Notes: generated from the sequence alone by a model not told the origin. A stretch of 60,441 bases of DNA from an uncultured bacterium (GCA_964534375.1 CAZHPN010000004.1:19120-79560); one strand, 5' to 3'. Counted from the stretch's first letter, positions 9,426-19,889 are shown. Program-made: numbers and translations.

Positions 9426-9717
9426 GGCCTGAAAATCCTTCGCTGTTCGGCCTCGCAGATTATGCGGCGCGGGGCGAACGCGCAAGGTTTTTTTTCGCGG
9501 CACGCCAGCCGGTCGGTGGATGGCGTCGGCCCATCCGCCGCCGGCGTCGCCGGCGCCCGCACAATCCACGGCAATGCGATGCTTGTAATTTTCTGCATCG
9601 CAGGACTGGGACCCGATCAGTCTGAACCCGGACAACTCAACTGTTGCGAAAGCGGACTTGTTTAGTTGTCAGCGACGGTTTTATTTTCGAGCGCCTGCGC
9701 CAAGCCGCCGTTTTTAA

Positions 9718-9747
9718 TTGACGTTCGTTTCTCGATTGTCTTATTAT
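9718..9747 (+). promoter_or_regulatory. Putative sigma-70 promoter
   Basis: TTGACG-N18-TATTAT upstream of 9791. Confidence 0.4.
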
Positions 9748-9790
9748 CTTCAAGGATTCGATTGTCCCAATTCAAGCGAGAGGAGAAAAA

Positions 9791-11119
9791 ATGAAGATTC
9801 CGGCGGCTCGGCTCCTGTTGGCGTTTTGGTTGGCGTTGTCGACGGTCCTGGCCGTTTCCTGCGCGCCGGATAACAGCGCGGGTTCGCGCGGCGCGAGAGG
9901 ACCGGCGGGTTTGGCCGGCCCGAGCGGTCCGTCAGGTTTAGCCGGACTGGCCGGGCCCACCGGCCCGCACGGCGCGGCGGGGCCCTCCGGGCCGAGCGGC
10001 GCGCCCGGCCAGCCGGGCGCCGCCGGCGTCAAAGGGCCGAGCGGACCGCAAGGGACAACCGGCGCGACCGGCCCAAAAGGGCCGAGCGGCGCCCAAGGCC
10101 CCGCCGGCGCGACGGGCCCGCTGGGGCCAAGCGGGCCGCAAGGCGCGAATGGTTCGAGCGGACCGCAGGGCGCGGCAGGTCCGAGCGGACCGCAGGGCGC
10201 GATGGGACCCTCGGGGCCGTCCGGAGCTTCGCCGTGGGCGCTCGCGGGAAACAACACGTTTTATAATGTCGGCAACGTCGGGATCGGCGGCAGCGGTCCG
10301 AATGCCTTGCTCGACGTTGAAACCGCCGATGCGCAAGGCGCGATGATCGGCAGCGGCAATTCCGTCGCGGTCCAGCAAGGAATGGGCGCGGCGATCGGCT
10401 TCCAAAATGCGGCCACGGGCGGCGGCGATTATTCCGTGGCGATCGGCGCCAACAATGTCGCCGGCGGCGCCAACTCGATTGCCCTCGGTGAAAGCATGAC
10501 GGTCGGCGGCAACGGGACGATCGGCGTCAACCTCGGGGACCCCGACATGGGGCCGACGGGGACGACGAGTGCAGACCATGCCTTCGTAATCATGGGGGGC
10601 AAAGTCGGCATCCACAACGCGTCGCCCGGGTGCACTCTGACAGTTGGCAGTGCAACGACCGCCGACGATTTTTGCTTGAACAACGGCGCGGCCATCGGTG
10701 CGCAAGCCTGGAGCCAAGTCTCCGACGCCCGCCTCAAGAAAAACGTGATCGGCATCGATGGGTTCCTCGCCCTGCGCCTGCTGCTCATGTTGCGCGGCGT
10801 TACGTTCGAGTGGATCAATCCTCGCCAAGGCGAAGGGCCGCACTACGGCATGATCGCCCAAGAGGTGGAGGACATATTCCCCGCCTGGATTACGAACGGT
10901 CACGACGGCTACAAGTCGCTGTCGTACGAAGGATTCCAGGGGCTGGCGGTCGAGGCGATGCGGGCGCTGCAAACCGAGAATGATGAAATCAAAGCCGCAA
11001 ACGCCCGCCTGCAAGCGCAATACGACGAGCTCCAAACGCAAAACGAGACGTTGCGCAGCCGCCTCGATCGTCTGGAAGCCGCGATGGCGGGCACGGTCGC
11101 CGCGCCCACCTGTCCGTAA
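9791..11119 (+). CDS. Collagen-repeat fibre lipoprotein with C-terminal peptidase S74 chaperone domain
   Basis: Lipobox-like LAVSC; 39 uninterrupted Gly-X-Y triplets; GNVGIG/GKVGI fibre motifs; SDARLKKNV...GMIAQEVE; C-terminal coiled coil. Confidence 0.85.
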   Translation: MKIPAARLLLAFWLALSTVLAVSCAPDNSAGSRGARGPAGLAGPSGPSGLAGLAGPTGPHGAAGPSGPSGAPGQPGAAGVKGPSGPQGTTGATGPKGPSGAQGPAGATGPLGPSGPQGANGSSGPQGAAGPSGPQGAMGPSGPSGASPWALAGNNTFYNVGNVGIGGSGPNALLDVETADAQGAMIGSGNSVAVQQGMGAAIGFQNAATGGGDYSVAIGANNVAGGANSIALGESMTVGGNGTIGVNLGDPDMGPTGTTSADHAFVIMGGKVGIHNASPGCTLTVGSATTADDFCLNNGAAIGAQAWSQVSDARLKKNVIGIDGFLALRLLLMLRGVTFEWINPRQGEGPHYGMIAQEVEDIFPAWITNGHDGYKSLSYEGFQGLAVEAMRALQTENDEIKAANARLQAQYDELQTQNETLRSRLDRLEAAMAGTVAAPTCP

Positions 11120-11175
11120 GCGCCTCCTTGCCGGCTTCGCGGCGGCGAGTTCGGCGTCATCTGGCGTCTCCGAGC

Positions 11176-11204
11176 TTGACGCCGCGGGCCGCGGTTTCTA
11201 AGGT
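11176..11204 (+). promoter_or_regulatory. Putative sigma-70 promoter of the ECF operon
   Basis: TTGACG-N17-TAAGGT, 27 nt before the ATG at 11232. Confidence 0.5.
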
Positions 11205-11231
11205 GAGCGAAAACAAAAAACGGACCTGGCG

Positions 11232-12098
11232 ATGATTGAGAAAATCAGCGCGTTGGGACAAGCGGACGCCGTGTTCGCCCTGGCCGGGCTGGCGATCGTG
11301 CTGGCGGCGATCGGCCTGGTGCGCCGGTTCGTGCTGCGCCGGCCGCTCGACCTGTTCGCGATGTGGAGCGAGACGCGGATGGTGGTGTACGCCGCCGTCA
11401 CGGGCGCGCTCTATTTCGCCGTGCTCGCGCCGTTCAAATGGGCGATTCTCGTGCCCGGCTTCTCCGAAATCCGCCCCGGCGTCGCGCTGCCGATCTGCCT
11501 GTCGTTTCTTTTCGGCCCGGCCGCCGCGTGGGGCGCCGGCGTCGGCAATTTCATCGGCGATTTCTTCGGCACGCTCGGCCCCGGCAGCGCGCCTGGGTTC
11601 CTCGGCAACTTCCTGCTCGCCTATGCGCCGTACGCGATCGTCCGCGCCTTCGTCGTGCGAACCCCCGGCGAAAAAATCGGCGCGCGCGCCGCGGTCGTCG
11701 TCGGCGGCGGCATTATCGTCGGCGCGTTCGCCTGCGCCACGACGGTCGCCTGGGGCGTGCACGTGCTCGGCCTTGTGCCGTTCCAGGTGCTGGCGCCCGT
11801 GATCCTGATCAACAACGGCCTGGTCGGCCTCGTGCTGGCGCTGCCGCTGACGCTGCTGATGCTGCCGCGCGCCGAAAAATGGGGCGTCACGTACAGCGAG
11901 GTGCTCGACCCGGAACTCGCCAGGCCGGCGAAGACGGCGAAGCTCGGCGCGATCCTGCTCGCGGCCGGCGCGATCGGCGGTTGGGCGCTCGGCATGGCGA
12001 CGGCGATCGCCGGCGACGCGAGCGCATCGGGCCTCGCGATCGGCCTGGCGGTCTCGCCGGCGATTCTGTTGATGCTCGTCGGCATCTTGTTGCTGTAG
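11232..12098 (+). CDS. ECF transporter S component (QueT-like)
   Basis: Polytopic membrane protein with SEIRPGVALP...LFGPAAAWGAGVGNFIGD; directly upstream of the A and T components. Confidence 0.8.
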   Translation: MIEKISALGQADAVFALAGLAIVLAAIGLVRRFVLRRPLDLFAMWSETRMVVYAAVTGALYFAVLAPFKWAILVPGFSEIRPGVALPICLSFLFGPAAAWGAGVGNFIGDFFGTLGPGSAPGFLGNFLLAYAPYAIVRAFVVRTPGEKIGARAAVVVGGGIIVGAFACATTVAWGVHVLGLVPFQVLAPVILINNGLVGLVLALPLTLLMLPRAEKWGVTYSEVLDPELARPAKTAKLGAILLAAGAIGGWALGMATAIAGDASASGLAIGLAVSPAILLMLVGILLL

Positions 12099-12105
12099 GC
12101 CCGCG

Positions 12106-13779
12106 ATGCCTGCGCCGTTGCGGTTGACCGACGTTCATTTCACCTATCGGCGCGCCGCCGCGCCGTCGCTGCGCGGCGTCAACCTCGAACTCGAACCGGG
12201 CCGTTTCACCGTCATCTCGGGCCGCACCGGCGCCGGCAAAACGACCTGCCTGCGCACGTTCAACGGCCTGATTCCGTTCACGCTCAAAGGCGAGATGCGC
12301 GGCCGCGTCGAGTTGTTCGGCGAACCGCTCGAACGGCGCCGCCGCCTTGACGCGCTGCGCCGCGTGGGCATGGTTTTTCAAGATTTCGAAGCGCAACTTT
12401 TTTCGACGACGGTCGCCGCCGAGGTCGCCTTTTCGCTCGAATGCCGCGGGATGCCGCGCCCCGAAATGCGCGCGCGCGTCGACGAAGCGCTGGCCCGCGT
12501 CGGCCTGCACGGCCTCGCCGGCCGCGAACCCGGCTCGCTGTCCGGCGGCCAGAAGCAGCGCCTGGCGATCGCCTGCCTGCTCGCGGCGCGGCCGGAAATT
12601 CTCGCCTTCGACGAGCCGTCGACCGATCTCGATCCGGCCGGCAAACTCGAAGTCGCCGCGCTGCTCGCCGAACTGGCCGCCGAGGGCCGCACCGTCGCGC
12701 TGGTCGAGCACGAAACCGAACTGGTCGCGCGCGCCGGCAGGGTTCTTTTCCTGCGCGACGGCGCCGTCGCCGCGACCGGCGGCTTCGGCGATTTTCGCGA
12801 CGACTCCGAGGCGCTGCTGACGCTCGGCGTCCGCCCGCCCGATCTGCCGCGGCTGTGGCGGCGGCTGGGCCTGCCCGGCGCGCCGGCGACGGTGGACGAA
12901 GCCGCGGCGCAACTGGCGGCCAATGGTTTTGCCGCCGATCCGACGCGGGCGCCGGCGGCGCCGCATTTCGGCGGCCCGCCGCTGTTCGTTTTGCAGAACG
13001 TCGGCTTCGCGTATCCGGGCGGCCCGCGCGTTCTCGACGGCGTGAATCTGGAATTCCGGCGCGGCGAGTCGACGGCGATTCTCGGCCCGAACGGCGCCGG
13101 CAAAACCACGCTGGTCAGTTTGCTCAACGGCCTGCGCCGGCCGACCGGCGGCCGCGTGCTCGTCGACGGCGTCGACGCGGCCACGCTTTCGATCGGCGAA
13201 CTCGGCCGGCGCATCGGCTACGTTTTTCAAAACCCCGATCATCAGCTTTTCGCGCCGACCGTCTTCGAAGAGGTCGCGTTCAGCTTGCAGACGCGCGGCG
13301 TCGTCGCGGCCGAGCGGCCCGCGCGCGTTGCGCGCGCGCTGGCGGCGGTCGGCCTCGACGCCGCCGAACGCCGCGATCCGTTCATGATGACCAAAGGCGA
13401 ACGCCAGAAATTGGCGTTGGCGTCGATCCTCGTCGCCGAGCCGGATGCGCTGATACTCGACGAGCCGACGACCGGCCTCGACGCGGCGGAGCAGGAAGCG
13501 ATGACCGCGCTGCTGCGCGAGCTGGCCGCGCGCGGCTGCACGTTGATCGTCGTCACGCACAGCATGGATGCGGCGCTCGGGGCCTGCCAACGCACGGTTC
13601 TGCTGACCGAACGCGGCGTGCTGGCCGACGGTCCGACGCGCGAGATTTTCGCCCGCGACGAACTGCTCGCAGCGGCCCAATTGCGCGCGCCCGACGCGGC
13701 TCGGTTGTCGGCGCGGCTCGGCCTCGGCGGGCTCGATTTCGCGACGCTGGCGGCTTGTCTGACGCGGAGGCCGTCGTGA
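12106..13779 (+). CDS. ECF transporter ATPase with duplicated ABC domains
   Basis: Two Walker A motifs (GRTGAGKTT, GPNGAGKTT), LSGGQKQR, and DEP motifs. Confidence 0.92.
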   Translation: MPAPLRLTDVHFTYRRAAAPSLRGVNLELEPGRFTVISGRTGAGKTTCLRTFNGLIPFTLKGEMRGRVELFGEPLERRRRLDALRRVGMVFQDFEAQLFSTTVAAEVAFSLECRGMPRPEMRARVDEALARVGLHGLAGREPGSLSGGQKQRLAIACLLAARPEILAFDEPSTDLDPAGKLEVAALLAELAAEGRTVALVEHETELVARAGRVLFLRDGAVAATGGFGDFRDDSEALLTLGVRPPDLPRLWRRLGLPGAPATVDEAAAQLAANGFAADPTRAPAAPHFGGPPLFVLQNVGFAYPGGPRVLDGVNLEFRRGESTAILGPNGAGKTTLVSLLNGLRRPTGGRVLVDGVDAATLSIGELGRRIGYVFQNPDHQLFAPTVFEEVAFSLQTRGVVAAERPARVARALAAVGLDAAERRDPFMMTKGERQKLALASILVAEPDALILDEPTTGLDAAEQEAMTALLRELAARGCTLIVVTHSMDAALGACQRTVLLTERGVLADGPTREIFARDELLAAAQLRAPDAARLSARLGLGGLDFATLAACLTRRPS

Positions 13780-14546
13780 GTTTGTCGTTCCACCAGCCGC
13801 GCGACGGCTTCCTTGAACGAACGCATCCGACGACGCGCATCGTCGTCACCATCGCGCTCTTCGTGCCGCCGTTCATGAGCGACGACCCGGCGTTCCAGGG
13901 CGCGTATCTGGCGTTGTTGCTCGTCGCCGCCGCCGCCGCGCGCGCGGTCGGCAACCTGTGGCGATTGAAGGGCATCGCGCTGGCGATTTTCTTTTCGTCG
14001 CTCGTCCTGTGGACGCTCACGCTGCCCGGCGCGACCGTGCTGTGGCGCGCGGGGCCGCTGGTTTTGCGGCAGGAAGCGCTGCTGCTCGCCGCCGCGCGCG
14101 CGACGCGGCTGCTCTCGTTCCTCGTCGTCGGCGCGATCTTCCTGACCGCCACATCGATGGAAGCTTTCGCCTACGGCCTGCGCCGCCTCGGCGTGCCGTA
14201 CCGCGCCTGCTTTGCGGTGACGCTGGCCTTCCGCCTCGCGCCGCTGTTCTTGGAAACCGCCGGCCAGGTCGCCAACGCGCAACGAGCCCGCGGCCTCGAA
14301 CTCGACCGCGGCGGCCCCATCGAGCGGGGCCGCAAGTTCCTGCCCCTGCTCGCGCCGATCATGGTCGCCGGTTTCCGCCGCTCCGACGGCCTGGCGCTGG
14401 CGCTCGAAGCGAAGGGGTTTTCGCTGCCCGGCCGGCGCACATTCTTGCAGGAATATCCGCTCGGCTGGCGCGACGCCCTCTTGCTTTGCCTCGCGATTCT
14501 GCTCAATATCGGGGCGCATTTCTTAACCGTTAGTCGTGTGTTTTAA
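13776..14546 (+). CDS. ECF transporter T component (CbiQ/EcfT family)
   Basis: AQRARG and ALEAKGF motifs, TM helices; GTG overlaps the ATPase stop. Confidence 0.9.
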   Translation: MSLSFHQPRDGFLERTHPTTRIVVTIALFVPPFMSDDPAFQGAYLALLLVAAAAARAVGNLWRLKGIALAIFFSSLVLWTLTLPGATVLWRAGPLVLRQEALLLAAARATRLLSFLVVGAIFLTATSMEAFAYGLRRLGVPYRACFAVTLAFRLAPLFLETAGQVANAQRARGLELDRGGPIERGRKFLPLLAPIMVAGFRRSDGLALALEAKGFSLPGRRTFLQEYPLGWRDALLLCLAILLNIGAHFLTVSRVF

Positions 14547-14585
14547 CCCGTTTCGCGCCCGCGCAATCCGCGGCCCTGGTTTGAC

Positions 14586-15926
14586 GTGAACGACCTCCGC
14601 CGCGCATTCACATTCCTTGTCGCGCTGGCCGCGCCGTGGCTGGCGTTGGCCGGCGTCGCCGCGGCGGACGCGTTCTACACCTATGGTTTTTCGCCGCGCG
14701 CGGTCGGCATGGGCAACGCGTTCTCGGCGACCGCGGACGATTGGTCGTCGTCCTATTACAACCCCGGCGGCAACGCGTTTCAGCACCAGCCGTCGCTCGG
14801 CGTCGGCCTGGTCGCGAACTTCGCGGAGCTGCACCCGATCGGCGTCGAGCGGCTGTCGCTCGACCAATCGCAGGCGCTGATCTTCGGCGTCAACCTGCCG
14901 CTGCCGATTGCCGCCGGGCCGCTGAAAGACCGCTTCACGCTCGGCGTCGCCGCCTGCATGCCGGCCGGCCGTTTGCTGCAAATGCAGGTTGACGCGCCGA
15001 GCCAGCCGAATCTGATTCTGCTGCAAAATGCGCATCGCACGAGCGCGATGTATCCGAGCCTCGGCATCCGCGCGACCGACGGTCTGGCGTTCGGCGTCGG
15101 CGTGCAAACGCTGTTCGACACGGTCGGCCAACTCAAGGCCGCGGTCGACCCGGCGGGCAATTTGGACACGCAGGTCGGCGAGGAATTGCTGATGCGTTAC
15201 GCCCTCGTGGCCGGCGTGCTGTTCCGGCCCGGCGCGCATTGGGACGTCATGCAGGGGTGGTCGTTCGGCGCCGTGTTCCGCGACGAAACCTACACGCATT
15301 ATCACATTCCGGTCAGCGCGCAGCTCAACTCGATTCCGTTCATCACGACGTTCGACGCGATCAGCCTGTTCACGCCGCGGCAGTGGGTCGCGGCGGCGGC
15401 GTTTCACCGCGGCGCCTGGCGCTTCGAACTCGACGGTTCGTTCAACGAATGGTCGCGCTTCCCCGATCCGAATCTGCTGGTGACCGTCGACGTCAAAATC
15501 CCGGTCGTGCCGATTCATTTTCTCGACGGCATTCATCGCCCGCCGCATTTCCACGACACCGTCACCGGCCGCGCCGGCGTCGAGGCCGAGGCTTTCGCGC
15601 AGCGCGACGTCGAGGTGCTGCTTCGCGGCGGCTACTCGTACGATCCGTCGCCCGTGCCGCCGCAACGCGGGTACACGAACCAGGTGGACGCCGACCGGCA
15701 CGCCGGCGCGCTGTCGGCGGGCGTCAAGTGGTTGGGCGTCGGCCCGACGCTGTTTCGCACGCCGCTGACGTTCGACGTGATGTGGCAGATGCAGTGCCTG
15801 CCGCGGCGGGTATCCTATAAAGACAGTTCCGTCGATCCGAGCAATCCCGGATATCCCAAAATCGGGGTCGAGGGGTTTCTGCAATATATCGGCGGTTCGG
15901 TGGGCGTGAATTTTGACTACTTCTAA
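14586..15926 (+). CDS. FadL/OmpP1-family outer membrane transport protein
   Basis: Signal peptide; YGFSPRAVGMGNAFSATADD..YYNPGG hatch motif; LRGGYSYDPSP; terminal Phe. Confidence 0.85.
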   Translation: MNDLRRAFTFLVALAAPWLALAGVAAADAFYTYGFSPRAVGMGNAFSATADDWSSSYYNPGGNAFQHQPSLGVGLVANFAELHPIGVERLSLDQSQALIFGVNLPLPIAAGPLKDRFTLGVAACMPAGRLLQMQVDAPSQPNLILLQNAHRTSAMYPSLGIRATDGLAFGVGVQTLFDTVGQLKAAVDPAGNLDTQVGEELLMRYALVAGVLFRPGAHWDVMQGWSFGAVFRDETYTHYHIPVSAQLNSIPFITTFDAISLFTPRQWVAAAAFHRGAWRFELDGSFNEWSRFPDPNLLVTVDVKIPVVPIHFLDGIHRPPHFHDTVTGRAGVEAEAFAQRDVEVLLRGGYSYDPSPVPPQRGYTNQVDADRHAGALSAGVKWLGVGPTLFRTPLTFDVMWQMQCLPRRVSYKDSSVDPSNPGYPKIGVEGFLQYIGGSVGVNFDYF

Positions 15927-17250
15927 CGCCATCCGCCGCGGTTTGCCGCTGTGGCTGCCGTTGCTGCTGCTGGCGGCGAGCGCGCCGGCGTGGGCGGGCA
16001 CGTACGACGTGTTCGGCACGGGCGCGCGCGCGATCGCGCTGGGCGGGGCGTACACGGCGGTCGGCGACGACATCGCGGGTCTGTACTACAACCCGGCGGC
16101 GATCACGCAGATCGAACGGCTGGACCTCGAACTCGCCTACGGCCGGATGAACCCGCAACTGCTGATCAACGGCCGCGCGCAGAACATCGACGACAACCGC
16201 GGCTTCACGCTCGGCGGCGTGGTCTCGACGAAAATCCTCGACCGGCGGCTCAGCCTCGGCCTGAACTTTTTCCTTCCCGACGCCCATTTCATGCGCTTCC
16301 TCGTCCTGTCGGGCAACCAGCCGCACGCGGCGCTCGACGCCAACGCGAACCACATTTTCACCTGCCTGATCGGCGCCGGTTATCAGCTTACGGACCGCGT
16401 GTCGGTGGGCGTCGGCGTGAACGTGCTGGCGACCGAAATCGGCGGCGTGAATTTCACAATCAACGAAAAGACGCCCAGCGAAGGCAGCGTGTTCAGCGAT
16501 CTGAGCCCGTCGTACGCGCTGATCGCCGGCGTGTGGGCCCGGCCGGTCGACTGGTTCCGCATCGGCGCGGCGTTCCGCGACAAGGTCGAGATGCATTTCT
16601 CGCTGCCGAACGTCATCCACATTCCGGCGCTGACGATCTGGCAAACCAACAACGTCACGATTCTGCGCCCCAGCCTGCTGGATCTCGCGGCCGAGTCCAA
16701 CAGCCATTTCAGCCCGCGCGCCGTCGAGTTCGGCGTCGCCTTCGAACCCGACAAGCATTGGCAGATCAGCGCGAACCTCACGTGGGACCAATGGTCGGCG
16801 ATGCGCACCGACGCGCCGTACGCGTCCGTGACGGTCACCGGCGGCCTGGGCGACGTGTTTCCGACCAAACCCGGCGTGCGCCCCGCGCCGCCCGATTTCT
16901 ACGACACGTTCTCCGCCGCGCTCGGCGTCGAAGGCCGGCCCCTCTTGACCGAACACTGGCAGGTGGCCTTGCGCGGCGGCTACCGCTATCGCCCGACGCC
17001 GGTTCCCGACCAGGGCAGCGTCAACAACTATCTCGACGCGGACGCGCACATCTTCTCCCTCGGCGTCGGCGCCATCGGCCGCGCCCTGTCGGCGTACCTG
17101 CCGCATTCGCTGGCGCTCGACGCCTACGGCCAATACCAATACAGCCCGGCGCGCGTGTACCAAAAGAACAGCCCGGACGATTTCATCGGGGATTTGAAAT
17201 TCCGCCAACTGTGGTATGGTGGCGGCGCAAGCCTTTCCGTGAGGTTTTAG
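15913..17250 (+). CDS. FadL/OmpP1-family outer membrane transport protein (paralogue)
   Basis: GARAIALGGAYTAVGDD..YYNPAA; LRGGYRYRPTP; terminal Phe. Confidence 0.85.
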   Translation: MTTSNAIRRGLPLWLPLLLLAASAPAWAGTYDVFGTGARAIALGGAYTAVGDDIAGLYYNPAAITQIERLDLELAYGRMNPQLLINGRAQNIDDNRGFTLGGVVSTKILDRRLSLGLNFFLPDAHFMRFLVLSGNQPHAALDANANHIFTCLIGAGYQLTDRVSVGVGVNVLATEIGGVNFTINEKTPSEGSVFSDLSPSYALIAGVWARPVDWFRIGAAFRDKVEMHFSLPNVIHIPALTIWQTNNVTILRPSLLDLAAESNSHFSPRAVEFGVAFEPDKHWQISANLTWDQWSAMRTDAPYASVTVTGGLGDVFPTKPGVRPAPPDFYDTFSAALGVEGRPLLTEHWQVALRGGYRYRPTPVPDQGSVNNYLDADAHIFSLGVGAIGRALSAYLPHSLALDAYGQYQYSPARVYQKNSPDDFIGDLKFRQLWYGGGASLSVRF

Positions 17251-17252
17251 TC

Positions 17253-18431
17253 ATGCGCAAGCGCTCGATTGGCCGGGTGTTCGTGGCGTTGCTGTGGGCG
17301 TTCGTCTTTCTCGCGGGCTGCGGCCAACTCAGCGACAAATACGGCTCGACCTCGGCCGCGCCGGCGACCGGCGTGGCGCCGTGGTTCAAGGTCGACCTCA
17401 ACCCGATCAAAGACCTGGTGCAGCCGTACGTGATCTACGGCGATCAGACCCACGTGCTGACCGAGCCCAGCTACTTTCTGCTGAACGGCCAACACCACCT
17501 TTATTATGAAGTGACCGAGATGGACCCGACGGGCCAGACCGTTATCGGGCGGACGATTGCGTACGCGGTCAGCCCGAACGGCATCGAGTGGCAGACGCGC
17601 GGCTACGACCAGCCGGTGCTGCAGGCCGATGAAACCTGGGAAGGAACCGGCGTCGGCGCGCCGTCGGTGCTTTATGAAGACGGCCGCTTCCTGATGTGGT
17701 ACTCCGCCGGCGAAGGCGCGGGCATCGGCCTGGCCGAAAGCACGGACGGACTGACGTGGGTGAAGAACCCCGCCAATCCGGTGCTCGTCCCCGACCAGAC
17801 CTGGGAAGGCGGCGCGACGGGCGTCGTCGCCTCGCCGAGCGTCATTCCGCACGGCGCCCAATATCTCATGTACTATTCGGGCGGGATTTCCGCCGGCCCA
17901 GCGTTGTCGCGGCCCCTGGGCACGGCGATCGGCAGCGCCGTCAGCGACGACGGCGTGACGTGGACGAAACGCGACGCCGCCGGCCGCACGAGTTCGAGCA
18001 ATCCGGGCGCGGTGCAGCCGGTGCTGACGTCCGGACAAACCTGGGAAGGCTGGGATGCGACCGCCAACTCCGGCGGCGCCGTGTGCTGCCCCGACGTGCG
18101 CGTCGATCACCCGGTCGACCGCGACGTCTACCGCATGTATTACACCGGCAACTTCCTCGGCAGCCCGGTGCTCGACGATGTGGGCATCGGCTACGCTGGC
18201 AGCTTCGACGGCCTGAATTGGGACCGGTTGCAGGAGCCGTACAATCCGATCGTCAATGAGCACTTTCCGCTGACGCTGTACGGCATCACGCAGTACATCA
18301 CGTACAGCCAATCGGCGCCGTCGGTCGTCAAGATCGGCAACACCTATCGCATGCTCTACAGCCAACTCGATATTTTCGGAACGGCGCAGGGGATCGCGAT
18401 CGCCGTCAACCCGAACCCGAATAGCCTTTAG
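17253..18431 (+). CDS. Lipoprotein, five-bladed beta-propeller glycosidase-like (GH43/GH130-like fold)
   Basis: Lipobox FLAGC; repeated PSV...YLMYY...IG.A.S.DG..W.K..NPVL blades. Confidence 0.7.
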   Translation: MRKRSIGRVFVALLWAFVFLAGCGQLSDKYGSTSAAPATGVAPWFKVDLNPIKDLVQPYVIYGDQTHVLTEPSYFLLNGQHHLYYEVTEMDPTGQTVIGRTIAYAVSPNGIEWQTRGYDQPVLQADETWEGTGVGAPSVLYEDGRFLMWYSAGEGAGIGLAESTDGLTWVKNPANPVLVPDQTWEGGATGVVASPSVIPHGAQYLMYYSGGISAGPALSRPLGTAIGSAVSDDGVTWTKRDAAGRTSSSNPGAVQPVLTSGQTWEGWDATANSGGAVCCPDVRVDHPVDRDVYRMYYTGNFLGSPVLDDVGIGYAGSFDGLNWDRLQEPYNPIVNEHFPLTLYGITQYITYSQSAPSVVKIGNTYRMLYSQLDIFGTAQGIAIAVNPNPNSL

Positions 18432-18433
18432 AG

Positions 18434-18565
18434 AAGGAAAAAGGAACAAGGAAAAAGGCAAAATTCGGGCCGGCATCTGGGTCGCAGAACCCTGGTTCCT
18501 CACACGCCGCGAATGAAGCCCCGCCCCGTTTGTGTTCGCACTTTTTCCTTTTTCCTTGTTCCTTC
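18434..18565. repeat. Inverted AAGGAA(A/C) heptamer element
   Basis: AAGGAAA AAGGAAC AAGGAAA AAGGCAA (18434-18461) with its complement at 18542-18565; between convergent genes. Confidence 0.8.
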
Positions 18566-18566
18566 G

Positions 18567-19832
18567 TCAGTTCCGCGTGCTCTGCACGCGCGCCTCGTAC
18601 TCGTGCACCGCTTCAACCCACGCCGGGCCGGCGGGAACGCCCATTTTCAGGCAGTGGTAATCCCACACCGCGCCGAACGGCAGCGACTTCGCTTCTTCGG
18701 TTAACGCGAGTTGCGAAAACTTGTCGCCGCGTTCCTCGTATTGCCGCAGCAGCGGCGTCGGTTCGAGCAGCGCGAACAACAACGTGCGCAACGTGGCGCG
18801 CGCGCCGATGACCCACGCGCCGACGCGATTGAGTTCGGCGTCGAAGTAGTCGAGCGCGAAACGCACGCGGCCCAAGGCGCCGGCGCGGACGACCTCCTGC
18901 ATCAACTCGACGAGCGCGTCGTTTTGCAGCACGACGTGATCGCTGTCCCAGCGGACGCCGCGGCTGACGTGAAGCAGCAGTTCGTCCACGTACGGCAGGA
19001 TCGCCGAGATCTTGTCGGCGACCGACTCGTTCGGGTGGAAATGGCCCATATCGAGGCACAGCAACATCTTATGGGTTATCGCCCAGCCGAGATAGAACTC
19101 GTGCGAACCGACGACGAACGATTCGGAGCCGATGCCGAACAATTTCGCCTCGACGCTGTCGAGCAATTCTTTGCGCGGATAGGCCGTTTCGTAGATTGCG
19201 TTGAGGCTCGCGGCCAGCCGTTCGCGATAACGCGCGCGGTCGACCGTCGCGTCTTTCGCGCCGTCCGGAACCCACAAATTGTGCACGCAGGCCTTGCCGA
19301 GTTTTTTGCCCATCCACGCGCCGATTTCGCGGCAGCGGCGTACGTGCTCGACCCAGAAGGCGCGGACGCGCGCGTCGCGACTGGCGATCGTAAAGCCGCC
19401 GGCCGCCAGCGGATGCGCGAAGCAGGTGGCGTTGAAATCGAGGCCGAGTTTGCGTTCGCGCGCCCAATCCACCCAACTGCGAAAATGTTTCGGCTCGATT
19501 TGGTCGCGCTCGACCGGCTTGCCGCCGAAATCGCCGTACATCGCGTGGAGGTTGACGCGGTGGCGGCCCGGAATCAGCGCCAGCGCCGCGCCGAGATCGG
19601 CGCGCAGCTCGTCCAGGTCGCGCGCCTTGCCCGGATAGTTTCCCGTAACCGCAAGCCCGCCGCCGAGCGCGGCGCCGCGCGCTTCGAAGCCGCCGACGTC
19701 GTCGCCCTGCCAGCACTGCAGCGACAGCGAGACGCGCGCCAACGCGGCCAGCGCGCGATCGACGTTGACGCCCAGCGCGGCGTATCGCTCCCGTGCCGCG
19801 TCCATCGCTTTTTCGATCCCGTTGGCGTTCAC
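18567..19832 (-). CDS. rhaA: L-rhamnose isomerase
   Basis: CWQGDDVGGFE, TGNYPGKAR, EAKLFGIGSES, GSHEFY, LDMGHFHP, LHVSRGVRWDSDHV. Confidence 0.95.
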   Translation of the reverse strand: MNANGIEKAMDAARERYAALGVNVDRALAALARVSLSLQCWQGDDVGGFEARGAALGGGLAVTGNYPGKARDLDELRADLGAALALIPGRHRVNLHAMYGDFGGKPVERDQIEPKHFRSWVDWARERKLGLDFNATCFAHPLAAGGFTIASRDARVRAFWVEHVRRCREIGAWMGKKLGKACVHNLWVPDGAKDATVDRARYRERLAASLNAIYETAYPRKELLDSVEAKLFGIGSESFVVGSHEFYLGWAITHKMLLCLDMGHFHPNESVADKISAILPYVDELLLHVSRGVRWDSDHVVLQNDALVELMQEVVRAGALGRVRFALDYFDAELNRVGAWVIGARATLRTLLFALLEPTPLLRQYEERGDKFSQLALTEEAKSLPFGAVWDYHCLKMGVPAGPAWVEAVHEYEARVQSTRN

Positions 19833-19860
19833 GCTCAGCCCTCCTGAGAAATTTGGAGTT

Positions 19861-19889
19861 TATATACGTTACTCGCGAGTAGGGCGCAA
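19861..19889 (-). promoter_or_regulatory. Putative rhaA promoter with a palindrome in the spacer
   Basis: Minus strand TTGCGC-N17-TATATA; the spacer holds the 12-bp palindrome TACTCGCGAGTA. Confidence 0.4.

Noticed and set aside
9791..11119. Prophage
   Set aside because: The S74 fibre gene is isolated, has a lipoprotein-like signal, and no other phage genes are nearby.
11120..11231. preQ1 riboswitch upstream of the QueT-like gene
   Set aside because: No recognisable preQ1 stem/loop consensus; the region is better explained as a sigma-70 promoter with a short leader.
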